DNA from: Promethearchaeati archaeon
GTDB lineage: Archaea; Asgardarchaeota; Heimdallarchaeia; JABLTI01
Reading direction: 5' to 3'
Length of the DNA stretch: 49,751 nt
NCBI GenBank assembly: GCA_013166835.1
Contig: JABLTI010000033.1
Coordinates: 1-49,751 of the forward strand
The position numbers were made by a program, and so were the translations under genes. Positions 17,638 through 27,807 of this stretch are shown piece by piece. Positions within the stretch are counted from its first letter, which is position 1; the number at the start of each line of letters is the position of its first letter. The notes under the pieces are model-generated. The model made no database searches. It had not been told where the DNA came from and worked only from the letters and a program-made list of their open reading frames with translations.

Positions 17638-18843
17638 CTAATCCTTCTCCCATTTTGTAAGGAAAACACCAACTATTATTGAAGCTAGACCAATTGCACA
17701 GGCAATTCCAATATTCATCCAAGCATTACCGAAATTGTTAGTTATCATACTTGATCGTAAAGCATCTACAAGGAATGTTAAGGGCGAGAATTTGGAGAGA
17801 ATAGCAAGTGCTCTAATTCCTGAAACATCAAAGAATACTCCACTCAAAAATAACATTGGAATTGTTATTAGAAATCCAATTATTAATGAATTATTCGGGT
17901 TTCTTATTATTTGACTGAGAAGTAAACCTAAACCAGAGAAGAGAATCGACCCAACAAATACTATTGGAAGGATTAAAGCATGAAAACTACTCCAGCTGAA
18001 GCTAAAAACTATCCAAGCTGTAAAAACAGTAAGAGTTGTTGCAATAAGTGCTATAATAAATTGCCAGATGATTTCTGAACTTACGTATTCCCATCTGGTT
18101 AATGGTGTTGTAGCAAATTTTCTCAATAATTTAGCTTGTTTAAAATGAGTTTGACGATTTATTGTGCCTAACAAGCTTGTATTCATTATTATAACACCAA
18201 TTATCCCTGGAAGGAAGAAATCAATATAATTTAAATTCTCTGAGATGAAATTTTCAGTCTCAACATTTACTATTGGTTGAGTTCCATTTTGTTCTATATT
18301 GAACTTTCGCAATGCATTTGAAACAAGATGTGATACTCTGAAAGCACTTGGTGAATATGAATTAATAATTAAAGTCACATTTGAGGATTCATAAAGCGGG
18401 TTTATTGCATCTGAAGACCAATTAACTGGAATAACTAAACAAGCATACAGATCATCTCGCTGCATAATTACCTTTGGATCCTCAGAAGTTAGTATAGGTA
18501 CTGTTCTCAAAACATCAATTAAATCTAGTTTTTCAACTAAATCTTGTGAAACAGAAGTTGCATCATTATCTTGAACCCCTAGATCAAATAACAAGAGGTC
18601 TTGTTTTGCAAATATTGAACCAAATAGTAGAAGCAAGATAATGGGATAAAATAAAAACAAGAAAACAGTAAGGCGTGAACGATAGAATAATTTCACAGAG
18701 ACTTTAATGTGATTACTAATCCGTCTGAAACTATGAGCAAGGTGAAGGAAGAAGTTTCCGATTTTTTTTCCGATATTTCTTTTTGACATTTTTATTCCTT
18801 CATTCCTAACTATCTTTTTTCCAGTTTGTAGCAAATATTCCAA
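17638..18843 (-). CDS. ABC-2 type exporter permease
   Basis: YP..LLLLFG, YIDFFLPGIIG, PM.FLSGVFF, PLT..VDALR; probable start near 18789 (MSKRNIG). Confidence 0.9.
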   Translation of the reverse strand: MEYLLQTGKKIVRNEGIKMSKRNIGKKIGNFFLHLAHSFRRISNHIKVSVKLFYRSRLTVFLFLFYPIILLLLFGSIFAKQDLLLFDLGVQDNDATSVSQDLVEKLDLIDVLRTVPILTSEDPKVIMQRDDLYACLVIPVNWSSDAINPLYESSNVTLIINSYSPSAFRVSHLVSNALRKFNIEQNGTQPIVNVETENFISENLNYIDFFLPGIIGVIIMNTSLLGTINRQTHFKQAKLLRKFATTPLTRWEYVSSEIIWQFIIALIATTLTVFTAWIVFSFSWSSFHALILPIVFVGSILFSGLGLLLSQIIRNPNNSLIIGFLITIPMLFLSGVFFDVSGIRALAILSKFSPLTFLVDALRSSMITNNFGNAWMNIGIACAIGLASIIVGVFLTKWEKD

Positions 18844-19993
18844 TTATAAAGAATCCAATTGCCAATGAAGCTGATATTAAGAAGAATCTCCACCACAATG
18901 CAGTAGCAGCTTCAAGCATAAGAAATCTCATGCCCTCTGTCAAATAATATAATGGAAATATTCTCGAGATATACTGGAGTAACTCAGGAAAAGAATCTAG
19001 AGGTATAAGAGCACCACTTAACAGAATCTGAGGTATGGTTATGAGAACAGATGCAATTATTACTCCATCAGGGCTAGAAATTACTCTAACGAGAATCATT
19101 GCAATTCCTGAGAAAATCATAGTACCAAATACAATATAAACAAGCATCAAAGGATGTAAACTACTTGCATTAAAACTATAAATCAAAGCAAATAATATTG
19201 TCAGAAGCCCGGCTAAAACAGCTATGAAAATTTGCCAAATCTGTTTTGAGATTATCCATTCAAATTTACTTGCAGGAGTCGTTGCTAATTTTAGCAATAT
19301 TCCGCTTTGTTTTTCTTCTAAATCATAGCTTAAACTTGTAAACAATGCTATTGTTGATATTGTAATCATTATAATTCCGGGAACAAGTGAATCGATGAAA
19401 CTTAACTCATTTGTATAAAGATTTTCAAGCAGCACATCATATTTGACATCTATATCCAAAAGATTGATGTTTTGTGTTGATACTACTTCTTCAACAATTT
19501 CCAAAATAATTTTTGCAGTTGCAGAAGAAGGATCAATGTAAACAGTAAGATTACTTGTTTGATTTAAACTAACTTTTACTCCCCATGTTTCGGGTATTTC
19601 TAGAAGAATTACTATATTTTCCTCTCTTATCCAATCATCTATTTGATCTACCTCTTCTTCAATTATATTTAATGTTAACCCAGGTAAATTATCTAAAGCA
19701 TTAATTAAAGCAATTGATTCAGTGCTTTTATCTAAATCATAAACATCTAAATTATAATTCGTATCAATTGTTCGACCAAACATTGCTCCGAATAGTAAAA
19801 TTAAGATTATAGGGTATACAATTGACCAGAATATAGAACTTGGGGATCTGAAATATTTTAAACTGATTCCACCTACTTGATTACTAATTCTTCGTAAACT
19901 AGAACCAAAATTAAGCATAAATTTCTTGAAGCGATTCTTGTTATCATTATTCCTTTCTTTTTGTTGGGGAACTTCATTTGATTGTTCGCTCAA
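18806..19993 (-). CDS. ABC-2 type exporter permease
   Basis: FW...YP..LILLFG, FIDSLVPGII, LSGALIP, PLYYLTEGMR. Confidence 0.9.
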   Translation of the reverse strand: MSEQSNEVPQQKERNNDNKNRFKKFMLNFGSSLRRISNQVGGISLKYFRSPSSIFWSIVYPIILILLFGAMFGRTIDTNYNLDVYDLDKSTESIALINALDNLPGLTLNIIEEEVDQIDDWIREENIVILLEIPETWGVKVSLNQTSNLTVYIDPSSATAKIILEIVEEVVSTQNINLLDIDVKYDVLLENLYTNELSFIDSLVPGIIMITISTIALFTSLSYDLEEKQSGILLKLATTPASKFEWIISKQIWQIFIAVLAGLLTILFALIYSFNASSLHPLMLVYIVFGTMIFSGIAMILVRVISSPDGVIIASVLITIPQILLSGALIPLDSFPELLQYISRIFPLYYLTEGMRFLMLEAATALWWRFFLISASLAIGFFIIGIFATNWKKDS

Positions 19994-20013
19994 GATCTAC
20001 TTCTCCAAGAGTT

Positions 20014-20958
20014 TTACTTCTTGTTCAATGCCTCTCCTGTTAAAGTGATAAAGACATCATTTAATGTAGGTTTTTGAGTTATAATATCAGAATATCTGAC
20101 TTTTGCCTTATCTAGTTTCTCTAAAATTTCAAGCAAAGTAATTTCTTCACTTGAGATTATAATCTCATCATATTGAACTTCTAATGGACAAGCATTTTGT
20201 AAAATCTCTATCGCGGTTAGTCTTGCTTGGTCTGTAGGACTTCTTATTATGATTTTATTCCCACTGCTGAATCGATCTATTAGCTCGATTGGTGTTCCTA
20301 TATCTTTCAGCAATCCCTTATGTATTATCGCTACTCTATCTGCAATTGCTTGAGGTTCAATAGCATCATTTGTGGTTATAAAAATCGTTTTTCCTTCTTC
20401 ATTGAATTTTTTAATGATATCCCAGACTTCTCTTTTAGCGAATTGGTCAAGTCCGGCAGTTGGTTCATCTAGAAAAACAATCTCAGGATTATTAACAAAG
20501 GCAATTGCTAAACCAACTCGTTTCTTGAAACTAGGAGTGAGATGTTTGTATCTTGTATTTGTTTTCTCTTCTAAATTAAGAATAGAGATTATTTCTGGGG
20601 TTTCAATCATATTGTCATACATTTTCCCCCAAAACTGTATATTCTCTTTAACAGTTAAGTTATCGTAAGTACGAAATTCTTGTGGCAAAAAACCAATTAA
20701 TTTCTTTATTTCTCTCATCTCAATAGTACTTTTAATATTGAAACCCAGTATTGATATTTCACCTTCACTAGGTTTACTTAGTCCCACTAAAATCTCTATC
20801 GTTGAGGTTTTACCAGATCCATCAGGTCCTAATAATGAAAAAATTTCCCCCTTTTTAACTGTAAACGTAAGTCCTGCTATTACTTCATCTGAGCCATATG
20901 TTTTCTTTAGATTACTAATTTCTATGACATTTTCTTGGCTCAACATTTCTTCATCCAT
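20014..20958 (-). CDS. ABC exporter ATP-binding subunit (DrrA-like) with degenerate motifs
   Basis: GPDGSGKT, FLDEPTAGLD, PTL.DVF..LTG; signature reads LTPSF and H-loop reads TTND. Confidence 0.9.
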   Translation of the reverse strand: MDEEMLSQENVIEISNLKKTYGSDEVIAGLTFTVKKGEIFSLLGPDGSGKTSTIEILVGLSKPSEGEISILGFNIKSTIEMREIKKLIGFLPQEFRTYDNLTVKENIQFWGKMYDNMIETPEIISILNLEEKTNTRYKHLTPSFKKRVGLAIAFVNNPEIVFLDEPTAGLDQFAKREVWDIIKKFNEEGKTIFITTNDAIEPQAIADRVAIIHKGLLKDIGTPIELIDRFSSGNKIIIRSPTDQARLTAIEILQNACPLEVQYDEIIISSEEITLLEILEKLDKAKVRYSDIITQKPTLNDVFITLTGEALNKK

Positions 20959-21236
20959 TATTTTTGTTCGATTATACGCGGGGAATTATACTTTATAATT
21001 AATTCTATAGTCTAAAAGGTACTTACTACTTGAGTTTTTTCTAAATTTATTTTTTGTGAATTTTTTAAAAAGATTTTTTCGAAATACCTCATAAGTAAGA
21101 CTTTTAACCTTTGGAATGTTTAATCGTATTTAACATTTAGATTACAAACTAGTATTAAACATTCAATATTTGTGAATTTTTAGGTCACTCTAAATTACTC
21201 ACATTGAATGAACTACAATTGCGAGACAAACTAACT

Positions 21237-22196
21237 ATGTCTTTCTTGAAGAAACTAATGAAATCAAGGGAATCAAAAGACGACGAGTCTGAGGATACTA
21301 AGAAAACTATTGCTATTATTGGATTAGATGGTGCTGGAAAAACTACAATTGTAGGAAGACTTCTGAAATCTGATTATGCTCTAACACGACCTACATTTGG
21401 TATTAATATAGAAATTTACAAATATCGTTCATTAGAATTTATCGTTTACGATTTAGGTGGGCAAACTCCACTTAGAGAAACTCTTTGGGAGAAATTCGTC
21501 AAAAGTGCTGATGGATTAGTGTTTGTTCTTGACTCAACAGATAGGAGACGTTTTGATCTAGCAGCAGAAGAATTCAATAATGCATTAGGATATAACGAAA
21601 ATGCCCCTGTTTTGTTTCTATCAAATAAGATTGACTTAGAGAATGCAGCATCTGCTGATGAAGTCCTTGATGTCATAGATTTTGGGAGATTTACAAGGGT
21701 ACAAAGGAAATATAGTTTTGCTAGATGTTCTGCTCTTACAGGAGAATTACTTTTTGAAAGTTGGGATTGGTTAACACTCGAATTATCAGAAGACGAGAAT
21801 CTACCAACTACTAATGTAAAGATTTATGGTGGTTTTATTTTTGATTCAGATGGAACAGAAATAGAAACCACTTTATTAGGAAAACCAAAAACACAGTCAA
21901 AACATGCTACATTATTCAAGAAAGGGACTAAAGAAATTAAAAAATACTTGCGTATGATGGAACACTATGATCGTGCTGAAACCTTAATACTGGTAGATGA
22001 AAAACAACTAGTATTAACAAAAGAAGGGCAGTTGGTTTTATCAGTTATTATCGGTGAAAATGATCCTGCTGCTAGAGCAATCCAAATTATCAAAAATTTG
22101 CACAAAAATATTGTGCGAAAATTTGAGATGGAAAAAACTGAGTGTTTGAAGCAATTACTTGAAGATAATTATCCATTAGATATTATAAAAGATTGA
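21237..22196 (+). CDS. Arf-family small GTPase with C-terminal longin/roadblock-like domain
   Basis: G1 GLDGAGKTT, G2 PTFG, G3 DLGGQ, G4 NKID, G5 CSA; about 130-aa alpha/beta extension. ATG 21237 preferred over TTG 21204. Confidence 0.88.
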   Translation: MSFLKKLMKSRESKDDESEDTKKTIAIIGLDGAGKTTIVGRLLKSDYALTRPTFGINIEIYKYRSLEFIVYDLGGQTPLRETLWEKFVKSADGLVFVLDSTDRRRFDLAAEEFNNALGYNENAPVLFLSNKIDLENAASADEVLDVIDFGRFTRVQRKYSFARCSALTGELLFESWDWLTLELSEDENLPTTNVKIYGGFIFDSDGTEIETTLLGKPKTQSKHATLFKKGTKEIKKYLRMMEHYDRAETLILVDEKQLVLTKEGQLVLSVIIGENDPAARAIQIIKNLHKNIVRKFEMEKTECLKQLLEDNYPLDIIKD

Positions 22197-22210
22197 TAAC
22201 TTAATTTTAA

Positions 22211-22651
22211 CTATTCTTTATGTTTTTCTTGTATAATTGATGGTAAAATTTCAAGAACACCATCTATATCTTCAATTTTATCAACTATATCTGATAAATG
22301 AACACCATCTTCAGCCCAAATCTCACACAAGATCATATAATCTCCTGTGGTTGTTGAGATAGAAACAATATCCTTAATCTTCTTCAAGGATTTTATTACT
22401 TTGAGTAATTTACCAGGATTAGTATTGATGCCTACAAATGCTTCGGTATTATAACCAAATGCTATAGGATTAATCATAATAGAGAATCTTTTAATGATTC
22501 CTTTCTCGATTAATTTTGACATTCGTTGACGAACTGTTGATTCACTTCTTTTTATTTTCTGAGCGATTTGCACATTTGTTACCCTTGAATCCTTTATAAG
22601 AATGTCAATTATTTTTTTATCGATTTCGTCTATCATCCATTTTGCTTCCAC
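22211..22651 (-). CDS. Lrp/AsnC family transcriptional regulator
   Basis: DEIDKKII.IL..DSR, HTH, TTGDY RAM domain. Confidence 0.93.
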   Translation of the reverse strand: MEAKWMIDEIDKKIIDILIKDSRVTNVQIAQKIKRSESTVRQRMSKLIEKGIIKRFSIMINPIAFGYNTEAFVGINTNPGKLLKVIKSLKKIKDIVSISTTTGDYMILCEIWAEDGVHLSDIVDKIEDIDGVLEILPSIIQEKHKE

Positions 22652-22742
22652 AGTGCTTACATTAACATTATACGATTTTCGTGTAAATTATAACGAAAAG
22701 CAGATAATAAGCTTACCGCTTGAAAAATATAGAAAAAGCACG

Positions 22743-22761
22743 TGGGAAACATTGCTTCCCA
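22743..22761 (-). terminator. Possible hairpin terminator
   Basis: TGGGAA-7nt-TTCCCA followed by T-runs on the minus strand. Confidence 0.45.
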
Positions 22762-22791
22762 TTTTAATTATACAATCTTAGATACTCATAC

Positions 22792-23283
22792 TTATCTGTA
22801 GCTTTCTTTTGGATACTCCTGATAGGTTTCTGCTTTTGATCTGCTAGGATTATTAATCGCCCCTCCAATTAATCCGGCAATAATACTAACAACACCCAGG
22901 ATTGCTGAAACAACCAATGAGACAAGTAAACCAATTGCAATTAAAATACCAATTAAAGGTGAAAGTGTTGATGGATCAAATAAACCAAAAGTTGCTATTT
23001 CAAAGACTATAGCAAATATTCCAGTACCACCTAATACGATAACAAAGACAATTACAAGTGAATTTATTACGAAAGCAAATAACGCTGTAAGAAGACCAGC
23101 TGCTGCACCTCTTCCAGGTCCTTGTGCGATTAATCCAGCAATAAAACCACCAACTAACCAACCAGCAGGGGAAATAAAAACCATATATGGAATTCTATCA
23201 GATAACCAGATAAATAGTACGAGTAGTCCAGCACCTATGATTGCGCCTAATAATGCACCTAAAAATGTTCTACCTTTACTCAT
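22792..23283 (-). CDS. Gly-rich membrane protein (DUF5518-like)
   Basis: GGFIAGLIA.G..RGA.AG, AGLIGG; 4 TMs. Confidence 0.75.
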   Translation of the reverse strand: MSKGRTFLGALLGAIIGAGLLVLFIWLSDRIPYMVFISPAGWLVGGFIAGLIAQGPGRGAAAGLLTALFAFVINSLVIVFVIVLGGTGIFAIVFEIATFGLFDPSTLSPLIGILIAIGLLVSLVVSAILGVVSIIAGLIGGAINNPSRSKAETYQEYPKESYR

Positions 23284-23388
23284 TTAAATCAACCATTTTA
23301 TTATACTAACAGTAATTACAACGAGTTGATAATAAAACATTTCTTTTTACGCAAGCTACGAACAAAATTTCTATAAATTACGCAATGT

Positions 23389-23613
23389 ATGAGTAATAAA
23401 ACAAAACGATTATTTGGATGGATAAAATTGCCCATAGACAAAGAAACTCTAAATTTTCTGGTAGAAGAAACCATTGATAATGTCCTACAAGATTCTAAAG
23501 AAAAACTGAACGAGCTAGCATATAAATATAAATTAAAAATAACAGTAAAACCTCCTATGCTAGTAGAAATTGAGCATGTAGAGAAAGGAGAAGTTATTTG
23601 GGAAATGAAGTGA
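23389..23613 (+). CDS. Small hypothetical protein
   Basis: 74-aa ORF with ordinary composition, divergent from 23283. Confidence 0.5.
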   Translation: MSNKTKRLFGWIKLPIDKETLNFLVEETIDNVLQDSKEKLNELAYKYKLKITVKPPMLVEIEHVEKGEVIWEMK

Positions 23614-23740
23614 TCTATTAGATAATCTGAACAAGAAGAACAGAAGGAAAATAAACAAAAAAAGATTGTTTCGAAAAATATAATATCATATGCTCTCAAG
23701 TAGAAAAAAATCCACAGTTAGAAAAGTATTTGTTACTAAT

Positions 23741-23884
23741 CTAATCTGTAAACCTATTCCCGCATTCTTTGCAAACTTTTACTTTTGCATAGATTGGGTT
23801 ATGGCCAGCGTATCCCAAAACTTTTGATTTATCTTCTACTTCTTTGACATTTTCTGTTCCGCACTTAGGGCATTGGTATGGCAT
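23741..23884 (-). CDS. 47-aa CPxCG zinc-ribbon microprotein (not in ORF track)
   Basis: MPYQCPKCGTENVKEVEDKSKVLGYAGHNPIYAKVKVCKECGNRFTD*; GGTGA SD 6 nt upstream. Confidence 0.88.
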   Translation of the reverse strand: MPYQCPKCGTENVKEVEDKSKVLGYAGHNPIYAKVKVCKECGNRFTD

Positions 23885-24088
23885 TATGTATCACCTAATA
23901 ATATTCTACGATTGTATGTAGAGGTTTTTTACTTTTTAAGTTTGTTGTAATAAATATAACTCGATTTTATTTATCATTTTTGGTATCAACATACTACTTT
24001 ATATTTTAAAATTGAATAGAAAAACTCAACGATTTTATTGTGATTCTTTTAGAAAAGAATTTTAAATTCATACTAATTATTTCTGCTT

Positions 24089-24625
24089 ATGTCGTCTGAG
24101 GAAGAAACAAATCAGCTAACTGATGAAGTTGATACAACGGAAGAAAAAGTAGTATCAGAATATCAAGTAGATTCAGAGATGCCAGTAGAGGTTATTGAAC
24201 CACGATGTTACTGGTGTAGTAAAGCAAAACCGGAGATTAAAGAATTACTCGAGAGTAAATATCAGAAGAGAAACCAAGAAGAAATCGAATTTTTCCTAAG
24301 CTGCACACCAGAGCATGAAAACAGAACGGAAAAATTCCTAAGATTTGCAGACAAATTTTATCTAATTTATATTGCATTTATGTTCGTTGTACCAGTAATT
24401 TTACTTGCTATCGCATTTATTATTCCACAACACATTTTTTCATTTGGTTTTTCAATTTTCATATCATTGGGACTTGGATTAGCCATTTTACCATTACTAG
24501 GTAATCAATTGGTCAAGAATATTGGTCTTAAGAGAAGTAATCTCTTAGGCAGAATTCTTGGAGTTATTTTAATAATAATTGGCGTTATACTAATACTTAC
24601 ATTTGGCCTTGCATATTTTGAATGA
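24089..24625 (+). CDS. Three-TM membrane protein with N-terminal putative Zn site
   Basis: CYWC...CTPEH, then three hydrophobic helices. Confidence 0.7.
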   Translation: MSSEEETNQLTDEVDTTEEKVVSEYQVDSEMPVEVIEPRCYWCSKAKPEIKELLESKYQKRNQEEIEFFLSCTPEHENRTEKFLRFADKFYLIYIAFMFVVPVILLAIAFIIPQHIFSFGFSIFISLGLGLAILPLLGNQLVKNIGLKRSNLLGRILGVILIIIGVILILTFGLAYFE

Positions 24626-24658
24626 TAATTTTGTATTGCTGTTAAAGGAAAGATCTCT

Positions 24659-25681
24659 ATGAAAATCACACGAATGACAAAGAAGCATATCCCTCAGGTT
24701 ATTGATGTTTTACGTGAAGCTTTTGATGATTGGTCTCTTAAGAGAAGAGGAAAAAAAAGAAATCGAAACCGCAAATCTGAAGCCATATTACCATATTTAG
24801 AAATCGAACCTGAAGGATGCATAATTGCTCTTGAAAAGAATAAGGTCGTTGGGGCAATTTTCTGTCATGTTTGGGGTAAATTTGGTTGGATAGGAACCTT
24901 TGGAGTTCACCCGGATTTTCAAGAAAAAGGATATGGCAAGGATTTAATGACTAAAGCTGTCGAGTATTTGGATAAAAAACGAACTGTTACTACTCTAGCT
25001 TTGGAAACTATGAATGCTAGCAGTTCAAATATTGGTCTATATAGTAAACTTGGTTTTAAACCAGCTTTTCAAACGATACGGCTCATACGACCAATTATTT
25101 TGTCTCCTTTAAAAGAAACAAATTTTGGGAAATTTGCTGAAGAAAACAATCTTGAGATAAGTTATATGTCACAAGAAGAAGATAAAGCTGATATATTTAC
25201 TAGGTGTGGTTGGTTAGCTAGTAAAATTGAGAATGGTTTAGATTATAGAACAGAAATTGAACTTGCAGAAAAGTACAATTTCGGGGAAACAATTCTTCTG
25301 AAACGAGAAGGCTTTATCATCGGTTTTGCTATTTGCAGGACATTTAGAAGATATGAAACCGAAGAAGTTGATCAGGATTTAACTGTTAAAATTTTAGTTA
25401 TTGATAAGGATGCGAAAGACCCACAATATTTGGATTATCTGTTGTTTGCTTGTGAAAAATTCGGAGAAAAATTAAATAGAACTTCTTTAAAGATGAATAT
25501 CAATTCCAGTTACTGGCTTGTTTACAAGCATTTAATAAATTCAGAATTTCGAGTTCGTTCTACAATTTTACGAATGATAAAATTTAGTGAAGATATAAAA
25601 TCCTATGATCATTATCATGAAATCCACAATATCAATCTATGTTCTGAATGGTTAATTAACTGTAATTCTTTCAGTATGTAA
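24659..25681 (+). CDS. Tandem GNAT acetyltransferase
   Basis: FGVHPDFQEKGYGK, LYSKLGF; second degenerate GNAT half. Confidence 0.88.
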   Translation: MKITRMTKKHIPQVIDVLREAFDDWSLKRRGKKRNRNRKSEAILPYLEIEPEGCIIALEKNKVVGAIFCHVWGKFGWIGTFGVHPDFQEKGYGKDLMTKAVEYLDKKRTVTTLALETMNASSSNIGLYSKLGFKPAFQTIRLIRPIILSPLKETNFGKFAEENNLEISYMSQEEDKADIFTRCGWLASKIENGLDYRTEIELAEKYNFGETILLKREGFIIGFAICRTFRRYETEEVDQDLTVKILVIDKDAKDPQYLDYLLFACEKFGEKLNRTSLKMNINSSYWLVYKHLINSEFRVRSTILRMIKFSEDIKSYDHYHEIHNINLCSEWLINCNSFSM

Positions 25682-25922
25682 GTAAAAAAAATAGGTCTCA
25701 CGTTTTCTGTGAGTAATGTCCAAAAAGTGTCCACATCTCAATGAAATCAATATTAAAATCATTTAAGATAGTGTTCTTATAGCTAATTTCTATAATGAAT
25801 AAAATCATCCTTTTTGTTTTTCTTCTTGTAAGTGATGTATTAACAAAATCCTCATCTTAATCTAAAGATGAAAATTTTCTATTATCAGTACCGAAAAGAC
25901 CATTTTCTTTTGCAATTAGTCA

Positions 25923-27194
25923 TCATCTTAAAAAGCGTTTTTTCTTTTTAGTAATAAGAACTAATATACTCACAAGAAATATTTCAGCTATCATCCAGTT
26001 AAATTCAATTGACACTTGATTTGTTGCTGGTCCAAAAACTTGAATTTCTACTGGATTTAAAGGATCTTGAATATTTATAATTGTGAAGGTTCTAGCTGGT
26101 TCTACAGAGAGTCTGCTATAAAATATCATTTCACCGTATAGTTTGCCCCTATCCAAACCGTCATGCAAGTTTACTTTAATTTCTGGTTGAAACTCTTTTT
26201 TATATTCCAATGTTTTATCTGCTTTCTTTTCATATATTTGAATGCTTGTCCAATCATTTAGATATACATAATCGCCTTGAAAGACAATAGAATTAACTTT
26301 AGCTATATTATTAATTTCAACTATTAGCTGAGGATTACTTCTATTGTTTATATCATATATTGCCAGATTATGTTGTGTATATTCATTAGTATGATATTTA
26401 CAATAAATTGCTGATTCATCGAAGTAGAAGTCATCTAAATCATAATCTGTGGGAAAATCCAAATCATTAATCTTCACTGGTGTAAGTGGATTTGTAATAT
26501 TATATGTGCTTATTGTGCAATTAAAATTGTCAGAATCTGCTATTAGAGCATATAGATAATTTTCGTGAAATTTATAATTACGTATAAAATCTTCTCCTTC
26601 CAATTCAAGAATCTCTTTTGAATAGTTAGTAGCCATATATGGTGCTGTTGGATTTGTACAATCTATTAAATAAATGGCTCTTTTATCGCGCATATCTAGA
26701 CTACAGAAAATGTTATCTTTATTATCTGTAAAAATCCTCATTTTCGGATTAAAGAAATGATCATCAACTACAAAGGTCATTTGTCCCTGTAATGCTATCT
26801 CACTATCATTCATTATACTTAAAATTTCTAGAGTATATTCATAAAAACCATAACTAAAATTATCGCCATGTCTTATCCCTATGATATATGAGTCTAAATT
26901 TAATAATTCTCTATATGAATGGGTGTTAAATTCTCCAATTATTTTTATATTGTTAACATCTTCGACATCCATCATTAAGATGTGATCATTATAATCGTCA
27001 AAATAAAGAACATCATCTTTCACAAAGAAATTTGGATAGTGATAAAGGGTTATTGGATTATTTGGATTATTTATAAAAAGTTCAGCATTATCGGGTAATT
27101 GTTTACAATAAATATCCCCAATTGCCATTGTAGATATTATCAAAAATACTGCCGCTAAAAAGAAAAAAGTAATTTTACTGATTGATTTCCCCAT
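25923..27194 (-). CDS. LVIVD-repeat beta-propeller surface protein with C-terminal TM
   Basis: Repeats IDCTNPTAP, YNITNPLTP, YDINNRSNP, INIQDPLNP; signal peptide; TM + KKKKR. Confidence 0.8.
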   Translation of the reverse strand: MGKSISKITFFFLAAVFLIISTMAIGDIYCKQLPDNAELFINNPNNPITLYHYPNFFVKDDVLYFDDYNDHILMMDVEDVNNIKIIGEFNTHSYRELLNLDSYIIGIRHGDNFSYGFYEYTLEILSIMNDSEIALQGQMTFVVDDHFFNPKMRIFTDNKDNIFCSLDMRDKRAIYLIDCTNPTAPYMATNYSKEILELEGEDFIRNYKFHENYLYALIADSDNFNCTISTYNITNPLTPVKINDLDFPTDYDLDDFYFDESAIYCKYHTNEYTQHNLAIYDINNRSNPQLIVEINNIAKVNSIVFQGDYVYLNDWTSIQIYEKKADKTLEYKKEFQPEIKVNLHDGLDRGKLYGEMIFYSRLSVEPARTFTIINIQDPLNPVEIQVFGPATNQVSIEFNWMIAEIFLVSILVLITKKKKRFLR

Positions 27195-27374
27195 GATATA
27201 TTTCCCATGTAAATTACTTCTTTAACGGATTTATTTATTTCCATAGTTTTTTAATTACACCTCAAATTCCTCAATATCTAGAAGTCCACTTTGGCAATGA
27301 TACACTTTGATGAAGTACAAGTTGGTCGGTTTAAGATTAAATCATAACTTTGAGTGGAAAAAGTAAAGAAACTA

Positions 27375-27713
27375 CTAATGTAGTTTCTTATTGTATAAGT
27401 AATATAGAAAGCCTATACTAATGAGATAACTGAAAACAAAGACCAAAGTGGGAGGAATAACTGAAAATATAATCTTCAATCTTACTGTAATGCTTTCCTC
27501 ACTTGAAAGCAATTCTATGACAAAATACTTTCCTAAACCGACCATCATACAGTAGAAAATTGATATGCCATTGCGAATGCGGAATAGAAATATCTTATAA
27601 AGACCGCCAAAATTTTTTGGTTCTTGAAATTCAGTTTCGGGATTAATGTATCCTAATTTACAGAAATCTAAATCCCTATGAATTTTGTTTAAAGTCATCC
27701 AAGGTTCCAACAT
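27375..27713 (-). pseudogene. Possible remnant of a membrane-protein gene
   Basis: 112-aa hydrophobic ORF ending in TAG TAG within a 600-bp otherwise unexplained gap. Confidence 0.3.
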
Positions 27714-27807
27714 ATTATATCAATTTTGACAGGTAGCAAAAGAACCGAGAAAACCGATTCTTATCACGAATGGTTAGTTAATTGTACAAGTTTCTCAATG
27801 TGAATAG

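Noticed and set aside
23316-23699. 127-aa minus-strand ORF
   Set aside because: F/S/C-rich composition typical of antisense; overlaps the more plausible plus-strand ORF.
25615-25650. Possible 27-nt insertion flanked by TGAA near the GNAT 3' end
   Set aside because: A 4-bp repeat is expected by chance in AT-rich DNA; cannot be supported without homolog alignment.
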